A DNA stretch of 32,000 bases, from contig NZ_CP043315.1 of NCBI RefSeq assembly GCF_008189285.1, positions 570,001 to 602,000 of the forward strand, in the 5' to 3' direction. Source of the stretch: Candidatus Saccharimonadota bacterium (GTDB lineage Bacteria > Pseudomonadota > Alphaproteobacteria > CAJXXZ01 > 1604HC). Positions within the stretch are counted from its first letter, which is position 1. Every line of letters starts with the position of its first letter. The translations under genes and the position numbers were made by a program. The notes beneath the pieces were generated by a model. It saw only the letters and a program-made list of their open reading frames with translations. It searched no databases and was not told where the DNA came from. Of this stretch, positions 24,991 to 32,000 are shown piece after piece.

Positions 24991-25374
24991 TTACTTAATT
25001 ATTTGACCTGATGAATCATCTTCTGAATCAGAATTTTTACCTTCATCAGAATCACTTTCATCTTTTTCTTCAGATTTGCTTGGATACTCAGAAATCTCCG
25101 CTGCATTGCTTTCAACCTTAACAGAAGTTTCAGTTTCAAATTCTTTATTTAATGCAATTTTTTGCTTTTTGATCATTATTCCAATGACCAAACATAAAAA
25201 CACAAACATACCATATAAGAAATAAGTCAATTTTGTTAAAAAGGTAGACATTGCTCTAGGAGTCATGAATTTAGACTGACTCATGCTAACGGCATCCTCT
25301 CCTTTTTGCAAAAAAACTAAAATCGACAAACTTAACACGACTACCAAATAGATAGACCATACGACACTCAACAT
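24991..25374 (-). CDS. secG: Preprotein translocase subunit SecG with an acidic Ser/Asp/Glu-rich C-terminal tail
   Basis: Two predicted TM segments with LQKGEDA after TM1 (SecG-like LLQ.GKGA). Small size and position next to pyrG also fit. Confidence 0.65.
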   Translation of the reverse strand: MLSVVWSIYLVVVLSLSILVFLQKGEDAVSMSQSKFMTPRAMSTFLTKLTYFLYGMFVFLCLVIGIMIKKQKIALNKEFETETSVKVESNAAEISEYPSKSEEKDESDSDEGKNSDSEDDSSGQIIK

Positions 25375-25573
25375 AAAAACATTTTATAAGAAATGAGCGA
25401 CATGCGCAATTGAAATTACTAAAATCTTTAGCTTTCTACAAAGATTCTTTAAACTTTAACAAAAAAACCTGCTTAATAGCATTTAGGTTGCTGCAAATAT
25501 ATTAGTGATTTTGGAAAGAAAGCTCGTTTTGCACTATTTATTGCAAAGATTTTTATAACGTAGAGATAAGAAC

Positions 25574-26704
25574 CTATTTTATACCTTGAAGTTTGACGCA
25601 AAGATCTTGGTAATTTGGTGGAAGATCTTGGCCAATAAACCAATTCATTAGTTGATCTAAGTAATGTTTGACTTTAGGTCCGGGAGCAATGTCAGCAATT
25701 TTCATAATATCTTGACCAGAAAAATAAAATAAATTTTCTTTCCATATATCCAGAAATGACAAATCAGATAACCTTCCTTTCAGGATAAATCCATCGTCCC
25801 ACAAATCTCTAGGGGCATTATTGATCCATTTTACATAATCTTTCTTGCAATTCATGTTTGGTAAATCTCTTAACAATTGCACATTTCTTTTTTGCAAATT
25901 GGACAATTTAACATCATCAACACTTCCCTTGAAAGACGCAAACTTACATAAAGCAGAAGATTTAAGATTTAAGATTTTTTCTTGGGATATTATTCTATCT
26001 ATTACTTCAAAATCTGGAGATGGAAAATCACAGTAGTTCCATAAATTAATTTTATCCATTAACTTTAAAGTGAAAAGAAAATTATCTGCATGAAGCAATT
26101 TTATCATTTCTACAATGCATCTTTCTCTAGCAATGCCAGTCAAATTTGACACATATTTACCGCATGATTCAAGAGATTTTACATCATGCTCTTGTCCATA
26201 ATGAGCAAGAAAACGAAAAAATCTTAAAATACGCAAATAATCTTCTTGTATTCTTTGGTCTGGATCTCCTATAAATCTTATCATTCCTCTTTTTATATCT
26301 TCCAATCCGCTTGTATAATCATATATTTTCCCATCAAGGTCTGAATATAATGCATTGATTGTAAGGTCTCTTCTTTTTGCATCCTCTTCCCAAGATTTAG
26401 AAAATTCAACTTTTGCATGACGTCCATCTGTTTCAATGTCAACTCTAAGCGTTGTAACTTCAAAAACATCTTTGTCCATTATGCAAGTTACAGTTCCATG
26501 CTGCAAACCAGTAGGTATAACTTGAAATCCAGCATCCTTAGCAAGCTTCATTACTTCCTCAGGCAAAAGCGAAGTTGCAAGATCCACTTCATCATTGAAT
26601 GTTTTTTTCATAATATGATTTCTCACACAACCGCCAACTGCCATACATGGATTAAGAGTTTTCATAAGTTTGTTTAAATTGTCATTGTTGAGCCATTTAA
26701 CCAT
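25574..26704 (-). CDS. cca: tRNA nucleotidyltransferase (CCA-adding) / poly(A) polymerase family protein
   Basis: GGCVRNHIM....DEVDLAT head-domain motif, RRDLTINALY, EDYLRILRFFRF. Confidence 0.85.
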   Translation of the reverse strand: MVKWLNNDNLNKLMKTLNPCMAVGGCVRNHIMKKTFNDEVDLATSLLPEEVMKLAKDAGFQVIPTGLQHGTVTCIMDKDVFEVTTLRVDIETDGRHAKVEFSKSWEEDAKRRDLTINALYSDLDGKIYDYTSGLEDIKRGMIRFIGDPDQRIQEDYLRILRFFRFLAHYGQEHDVKSLESCGKYVSNLTGIARERCIVEMIKLLHADNFLFTLKLMDKINLWNYCDFPSPDFEVIDRIISQEKILNLKSSALCKFASFKGSVDDVKLSNLQKRNVQLLRDLPNMNCKKDYVKWINNAPRDLWDDGFILKGRLSDLSFLDIWKENLFYFSGQDIMKIADIAPGPKVKHYLDQLMNWFIGQDLPPNYQDLCVKLQGIK

Positions 26705-27515
26705 CGAAAGACTCGCATTTTACATTCATTAACTTACAAAAATTATTTCCAGTAATTTGAGCAAATTCTGCCTCATCAATATTTTTAAGTTGCGCAATGT
26801 ATTTTCCCACATAAGACACAAATGCTGGCTCATTAGATTTTCCACGATGAGGTGCTGGAGCCAAATATGGAGCGTCAGTTTCAATTAATATTCTGTCTAA
26901 AGGAACAAATTGCGCTATTTCACGAACTTGATTTGCATTTTTGAATGTTATTATTCCTGAAAAAGAAATCATCCAACCTAAATCCAGAACTTTCTTGGCA
27001 AATTCCATAGATCCAGTATAGCAATGAGCAATCCCTTTAATTCCATCGTACTTTTTAATCATTGCAATTGCATCATCTTCAGCATCTCTCATATGTAAAA
27101 CCAATGGTAATTTGTGCTTATGCGCATAGGCAAGCTGAATATCAAACCCTGCAAATTGCTTCTTTAAATTACTTCCTTTAAATCCATCTAATCCACATTC
27201 TCCAATTGAAACAACATTCTTCCTTCCTATCCATTCTGAAAGATAGCTCTCTATTTCTTGTATATCTTCAATTCTTTCATCAAGAGGATGCACGCCAACT
27301 GCAAACCATAAATTATCACGCAAATAACTGTAAGTTTTATCCAAAGTTCCTATAGTTGTGCTTATGCTCATTGCACCTACAACTTGGTGTGTTTTCATAT
27401 TCTGAAATACTTTTTCTATATCATTTGACATAGGCTCATAATCTAAATGACAATGGCTATCTATCCATTTTATTGGATCAATTGTTTTATTAACAAAATT
27501 CATTGAACAAATCAT
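26697..27515 (-). CDS. tatD: TatD-family metal-dependent hydrolase/DNase. The start may be 27515 or 27503. The ORF is open to a TTG at 27563.
   Basis: IDSHCHLD, GECGLD, VLHMRDA, AHCYTGS, ETDAPYLAPAPHRGKSNEPA. Confidence 0.88.
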   Translation of the reverse strand: MICSMNFVNKTIDPIKWIDSHCHLDYEPMSNDIEKVFQNMKTHQVVGAMSISTTIGTLDKTYSYLRDNLWFAVGVHPLDERIEDIQEIESYLSEWIGRKNVVSIGECGLDGFKGSNLKKQFAGFDIQLAYAHKHKLPLVLHMRDAEDDAIAMIKKYDGIKGIAHCYTGSMEFAKKVLDLGWMISFSGIITFKNANQVREIAQFVPLDRILIETDAPYLAPAPHRGKSNEPAFVSYVGKYIAQLKNIDEAEFAQITGNNFCKLMNVKCESFDG

Positions 27516-27580
27516 ATCTTTATCATTAAATTCAAGCAACGCTTGTGTTTGACTTGCATACAAGTGTAGAATTGTTTTAA

Positions 27581-27652
27581 GGCCGAGTGGCAGAATGGCT
27601 TATGCAGAGGATTGCAAATCCTTTTATGTCGGTTCGATTCCGGTCTCGGCCT
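27581..27652 (+). tRNA. tRNA-Cys (anticodon GCA)
   Basis: Acceptor GGCCGAG/CTCGGCC, anticodon stem GAGGA/TCCTT with loop UUGCAAA, T-loop TTCGATT, discriminator U. Confidence 0.88.
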
Positions 27653-27703
27653 TTTCAAACACCTTATAGACTATCCATATCATGATGTATAAAATAAAGA
27701 TGA

Positions 27704-28378
27704 ATGAAAAGAATATATGCATGTTCAATAATTGTTAATATGATTTTAGGATTAGCTACATTTAAAGCTTATGTAAAATATTATAATTTGAAATGTCAGT
27801 CAGTAAATTATAGAACATCATCCAGACAAATAAAGCATAATCAAATGTGTGTTTTGCAATCTCAGCCAGAGTGGTATCATTTTGGACCAATTAGCGCAAA
27901 AGCTATGTATACATGGTTTTATAACGAAGATATTAAATGTAAAATTACTGGAAAGATTGAAAATAATGAATATATTACATACAATATTTCTCTAAAATCT
28001 AGCAATCACAAAAACATGGCGAATGCTATTGAAAATGTTCCGTTTGGAAACTTTCTTGTTTATACAATTATTCACGAAGGTGATTACATTACATCAAATG
28101 GGTCCATTACATTTAGCAAGCTAATAAGGGATCAAAATTTTAAGGAAAGAAATGACATTGACCTTAAATTGAATGCAATTATTAAAAGCAATGAAACATG
28201 GCAAATTCGCTTGAATGAAGATTGGATTAATAGCAATCAAAAAAATCCATGGGATATTGATATAGTTGATGTTCAACATGACCGTATTAAAGTTCAATGG
28301 AAAATACTAGGGAAAATTAATAAAGAAACAATAAAGTTGAATCAAAAAATTGAATTAAGATATGAATACGATGCATGA
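27704..28378 (+). CDS. Hypothetical protein with an N-terminal hydrophobic anchor or signal, translationally coupled (ATGA) to priA
   Basis: Long ORF in the same orientation as priA with a 4-nt overlap. N-terminus MKRIYACSIIVNMILGLATF. I recognise no motif. Confidence 0.55.
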   Translation: MKRIYACSIIVNMILGLATFKAYVKYYNLKCQSVNYRTSSRQIKHNQMCVLQSQPEWYHFGPISAKAMYTWFYNEDIKCKITGKIENNEYITYNISLKSSNHKNMANAIENVPFGNFLVYTIIHEGDYITSNGSITFSKLIRDQNFKERNDIDLKLNAIIKSNETWQIRLNEDWINSNQKNPWDIDIVDVQHDRIKVQWKILGKINKETIKLNQKIELRYEYDA

Positions 28379-30381
28379 CATATAAATACAGCATATTGCT
28401 TCCTGAATCATGGACAAAAGATAACTTTTATACATATACCTCAGAACAATCCATAGAAAATGGGTCATTTGTTGTGGTTCCTGTAAAAACAAAAAAAGCT
28501 ACAGGGATTGTTATGGGCACAGATTCAGAAAATAACTTTGATGGATTGAGGGAAATTACAGAAATTCTTTCGTATAAATTAAATGAACAGGTGATAAATT
28601 GGATTATTGTATCAAGCAAATATACATTAATTCCAATGAACCAAATATTGAAAATGATTCTCGTGTCTAATAAAAATACCAAACCTGGATATCTCGAAAT
28701 TCAATCAGAGGTTAATGATTTAAAGCCAGGTAAATACCCTATCGAAATGCTTAAAATGCATTGGAATAAAGTTAGAGCAATGATGAAAGAGGGAGTTATC
28801 ACAGAAACAGAGTTTCCTTCTTCTGATATTCCTATGGAGCAAGATTTTTTCTCTCCAGATCAAACAAAAGCTATTAATAGCATTCAAGCAATTACCTCAG
28901 GCACTGTTCTTTTAAAAGGGTCCACTGGATCTGGGAAAACAAATGTATATTTTGAAATATTGCATAAAATATGGCAACAAGGGAAGCAAATACTTATCCT
29001 AGTTCCTGAAATATCATTAACATATCAGCTAATTGAAAGATTTCATGAAAGATTTAAAGTTTATCCATATAGATGGCATAATTCATGCAAACAACCAGTT
29101 TGGAATTGGGCTGTAAGTGGAAAACCAGGAGTTGTTATTGGAGTAAGATCAGCTCTATGGATTCCATTCTCAAATCTAGGCTTAATTATTGTAGACGAAG
29201 AGCATTCAACAACATACAAGCAGGAAAATGGCCCTCGTTACAATGCAAAAGACATAGCTATACTTAGAGCAAAATCAGAAAATATTCCAATAATTCTTGT
29301 TTCTGCTACACCTTCTCTTGAAACAGTAAAAAATATCAGAGATAAAAATTATAAATGTGTAGAACTTGAACGAACAATACCAAATAAATTAAATATAAAA
29401 TTAGTAAAAACAAATAAATGGATGTCTGATGATCTAAAAAAGCATATTCAAGAAACTTTGGAAAGAAAAGAGCAAGTAATGTTATTTCTAAATAGAAAAG
29501 GGTTCTCAACACATATACATTGCACTACATGCAATAATAGACTGTTATGCAAATCATGCACTGCTGGATTAATATTCTACAAAAATAATTACACCCATTG
29601 CAGCTACTGCTCTCAAAAACAACTAATGCCTAAGGTATGCCCAGAATGTCAGTCAGAAGATTCATGGAAATTCTATGGAATGGGAATAGAGAAGATACAA
29701 GATCAATTATGCGAAATATTTCCAGATCATAAAATCTCGCTATTGAGCAGTGACACTACAGAAATAATTGATGAAACAATGCATAAAATGCAAAATAATG
29801 AAATTGACATATTGATAGGAACTCAAATTCTAGCTCAAGGATGCCACTTTCCTAATTTAACATTAGTTGGAATCGTGCAAGGAGATATTGGTGCGCATTC
29901 TGGAGATATTAGAAATACAGAAAGAATGTATCAATTGATTTCTCAAGTCAAAGGAAGATGCGGAAGAGCAGATAAGCCAGGAACAGTAATTATACAGAGC
30001 GCAGATGACAAGCATCCGCTTTTACAAGCAATTGCTCAGGAAAATACTAAAGAGTGGCTAGATCAAGAGCTGTCTATAAGACAAAATCATAATTTGCCTC
30101 CATTTTCTAGAATGATAAGAATTATTATTGGGTCTAAATCAGCTGCTTTGACAGAAAAAATAGTCATGAATATAAAAAAACCTACAATTCTAGGAGTAGA
30201 AATTATGGGGCCAGCGCCAACTCAATTACATAAATACAACAATGATTATCGATGGTCATTTCTAATTCAGTATAGCAAAAACATATTTCCTCAAGCAAAA
30301 ATCAAGCAATGGATAGATGGGTTTCGACTGCCAAAAAATGTAAGATTAACAATTGATGTTGATCCACAAAGCTTCTTTTAA
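28375..30381 (+). CDS. priA: Primosomal replication restart helicase PriA (protein N')
   Basis: Walker A GSTGSGKT, DEEH box (IIVDEEH), Cys-rich zinc module CTTCNN..CKSC...CSYC...CPEC, helicase C motifs (GTQILAQG, RCGRADKPG). Confidence 0.93.
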   Translation: MTYKYSILLPESWTKDNFYTYTSEQSIENGSFVVVPVKTKKATGIVMGTDSENNFDGLREITEILSYKLNEQVINWIIVSSKYTLIPMNQILKMILVSNKNTKPGYLEIQSEVNDLKPGKYPIEMLKMHWNKVRAMMKEGVITETEFPSSDIPMEQDFFSPDQTKAINSIQAITSGTVLLKGSTGSGKTNVYFEILHKIWQQGKQILILVPEISLTYQLIERFHERFKVYPYRWHNSCKQPVWNWAVSGKPGVVIGVRSALWIPFSNLGLIIVDEEHSTTYKQENGPRYNAKDIAILRAKSENIPIILVSATPSLETVKNIRDKNYKCVELERTIPNKLNIKLVKTNKWMSDDLKKHIQETLERKEQVMLFLNRKGFSTHIHCTTCNNRLLCKSCTAGLIFYKNNYTHCSYCSQKQLMPKVCPECQSEDSWKFYGMGIEKIQDQLCEIFPDHKISLLSSDTTEIIDETMHKMQNNEIDILIGTQILAQGCHFPNLTLVGIVQGDIGAHSGDIRNTERMYQLISQVKGRCGRADKPGTVIIQSADDKHPLLQAIAQENTKEWLDQELSIRQNHNLPPFSRMIRIIIGSKSAALTEKIVMNIKKPTILGVEIMGPAPTQLHKYNNDYRWSFLIQYSKNIFPQAKIKQWIDGFRLPKNVRLTIDVDPQSFF

Positions 30382-30437
30382 TCAAGCAGAATAAAAAGCT
30401 CTTTTAGAGAAACAAAGCTCTTTAAATCTTTTTTAAG

Positions 30438-30553
30438 AATGCATAAAGCTTCTTCTAATTGCATAAAACTTCGAGGAATATATAAAACTTCTTCTAATTG
30501 CATGAAACTTCGAGGAATATATAAAGCTTCTTCTAATTGCATGAAACTTCGAG
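30438..30553. repeat. 39-bp tandem repeat, about 2.9 copies, in the priA / tssE-like convergent spacer
   Basis: Units at 30449-30487, 30488-30526 and 30527-30553 (partial) differ at two positions. The array is open in one frame on each strand, which produces ORFs 30378..30611(-) and 30439..30627(+). Confidence 0.9.
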
Positions 30554-30691
30554 ATTTTTTAGACATGCATAAAGCTTTAAAACTTCTTTTGGCCTCTTTA
30601 ATCCAATTCATTAATTTAACCCAATAACAAATTTATTAAAAACTTATTTTGTAATTTTTTTGCAAAAAATTATACTATTATTTTGTTAAAT

Positions 30692-31054
30692 CTAAATCAT
30701 TCTTTTGTTAGAGCTGAATTTCAATGAAAAAACACTATTTTCAAATTTAACATCTCCAGATATCCACATAACTACAACAAAATTCTTATCATCAAATTTT
30801 CCTGCACTAACTTTTGGATTAATTAATCTTGGCTCATACTCCATAATATCTCTCTCAATTTGAGAAGAAAGGGAGCTCAACTTATATGAATCATATGGAT
30901 TGTTTGGCACATCAATCCTAATGTTAGAAGAAGAAATAGATTGCTTATCAACTATGCATTCTATTTCGTGAAAAATAGAATCGTATAATTCTTGAATAGA
31001 TTCATATCTTTCTACTGGATTAATTTGTATTCTTTCAAATAAAGCTGGTTTCAT
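30692..31054 (-). CDS. tssE: GPW/gp25-family baseplate wedge protein, probable T6SS TssE
   Basis: 120 aa with TssE-like landmarks: N-terminal LFERI, then SI..EIE.I, then IERDIMEYEPRL..PKV, then a C-terminal beta-like segment (FVVVMWISGDV....FSLKF). The call is from recalled family pattern, not a search. Confidence 0.55.
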   Translation of the reverse strand: MKPALFERIQINPVERYESIQELYDSIFHEIECIVDKQSISSSNIRIDVPNNPYDSYKLSSLSSQIERDIMEYEPRLINPKVSAGKFDDKNFVVVMWISGDVKFENSVFSLKFSSNKRMI

Positions 31055-31179
31055 ATATAAGCATTTACTATATAAAAACTAAATAAATATAAATATTTTA
31101 CTTATAGCTTAAATATAAGCGATATTAAACGTTTTATTGCCTTCATAATGCTTTTTATCAATAAACCTCTTAACATTTC

Positions 31180-32000
31180 TTAACCTTCTTTTTTGTCTTT
31201 CTCTTCACTTGGTTCTTCTTGATTTTTAGTTGGATTTATCATTCCATGTAATTTTCTCTCAATTTCATCGCATACTTCGGAATTCTCATAAAGATATTCT
31301 TTAACCGCTTCTCTTCCTTGTCCAACTTTTGTGTCTCCAATTGAATACCAAGAACCAGATTTTGTAATTAAATCATACTTCACACCTAAATCAACAATCT
31401 CTCCTAATTTAGAAACTCCTTCTCCGAAAAGTATTTCAAATTCTGCTATTTTAAGAGGAGGCGCCATCTTGTTTTTTACAACTTTAACTCTAGTTTGATG
31501 ACCATAAACGCTATCATTTTTCTTTAGTGCAGCAATTTTTCTTATATCTAATCTAATTGAAGCATAGAATTTCAAAGCATTTCCACCAGTAGTTGTTTCT
31601 GGACTTCCAAACATAACACCTATTTTGTGTCTAATTTGATTAATAAATATCACAATGCATCCTGATTTTTTAACAACTCCAGTTAGCTTTCTCAATGCCT
31701 GACTCATCAATCTTGCATGAAGTCCCATATGGCTATCTCCCATATCTCCTTCTAGCTCTGCCTTAGGAACTAAAGCAGCAACACTATCTAAAACAATAAC
31801 TTTCATAGATTGAGATCTTACAAAAGTATCTATAATTTCTAACGCTTGCTCACCAGTATCTGGTTGAGAAAGAATAAATTTATCACCACTAAGGTTAACG
31901 CCTAATTTCTTAGCATATTCTGGATCCATCGCATGCTCTGTATCTACGAAAAGACATGTTCCATCTTTCTTTTGGGCCTCAGCAATTACTTGCAAAGCCA
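31180..32000 (-). CDS. recA: Recombinase RecA. The N-terminal part runs off the window.
   Basis: [107 protein letters not shown]. Confidence 0.95.
   Translation of the reverse strand, partial: ALQVIAEAQKKDGTCLFVDTEHAMDPEYAKKLGVNLSGDKFILSQPDTGEQALEIIDTFVRSQSMKVIVLDSVAALVPKAELEGDMGDSHMGLHARLMSQALRKLTGVVKKSGCIVIFINQIRHKIGVMFGSPETTTGGNALKFYASIRLDIRKIAALKKNDSVYGHQTRVKVVKNKMAPPLKIAEFEILFGEGVSKLGEIVDLGVKYDLITKSGSWYSIGDTKVGQGREAVKEYLYENSEVCDEIERKLHGMINPTKNQEEPSEEKDKKEG

Noticed and set aside
19087-29267. Other short ORFs nested in skp, rseP, pyrG, cca and priA (19087.., 22378.., 22876.., 23676.., 23904.., 25845.., 26417.., 28428.., 29085..)
   Set aside because: All overlap well-supported housekeeping genes in another frame or strand and have no motifs.
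30378-30627. A possible CRISPR array, or two real genes, at the 39-bp repeats (and likewise at the 10-bp microsatellite at 18371)
   Set aside because: The repeats are directly abutting with no unique spacers, there are fewer than 3 copies, and no cas genes are present. The ORFs on both strands are a by-product of a stop-free repeat. Coding potential is kept only as a low-priority question in the findings.
1-32000. Possible alternative genetic code (TGA read as Trp), as occurs in some reduced AT-rich genomes
   Set aside because: TGA terminates several genes at the expected protein length (rpsN, yraN, rseP, the 27704 ORF). Trp positions in conserved motifs use TGG (for example WVRVAQW in VgrG and WQW in photolyase). 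The standard bacterial code fits.

Overview
This is a very AT-rich, gene-dense window. It looks like the reduced genome of a host-associated proteobacterium. The rpsM-rpsK-rpoA-rplQ block lacks rpsD, which is the alphaproteobacterial arrangement, but the taxon is my inference only.

Housekeeping content:
- A fragment of the ribosomal-protein superoperon, rpmC to rpsE, on the minus strand (321-4096).
- A solitary 5S rRNA gene, followed by yraN and rnhA.
- tRNA-Pro and tRNA-Ser, then a photolyase gene.
- The alpha operon rpsM-rpsK-rpoA-rplQ on the plus strand.
- About 1 kb of non-coding sequence.
- A minus-strand run of fabZ, skp, bamA, rseP, pyrG, secG, cca and tatD.
- tRNA-Cys, a hypothetical gene, priA, a gp25/TssE-like gene, and a partial recA.

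The stand-out accessory region is 5509-12712, a mirror-image type VI secretion spike cassette.
- Two inverted repeats of about 2 kb each carry a promoter-like element, a gene for a 431/432-aa signal-peptide protein, and the first 196 codons of vgrG.
- They flank a 3.2 kb unique core that holds the rest of a 1054-aa VgrG and a translationally coupled MORN/YwqK-like gene.
- The two signal-peptide paralogues are patchworks: four blocks nearly identical at the nucleotide level alternate with three strongly diverged blocks.
- This geometry would let homologous recombination invert the core and shuffle the variable modules.
- No Hcp, PAAR, sheath, recognisable toxin, integrase or transposase is visible in the window.

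Other oddities:
- Direct repeats derived from the tRNA-Ser 3' end bracket the photolyase gene.
- The universally conserved ribosomal superoperon is broken.
- lpxD and lpxA are missing from the bamA-skp-fabZ cluster.
- RpoA carries an acidic low-complexity insertion.
- There are two small tandem-repeat arrays.
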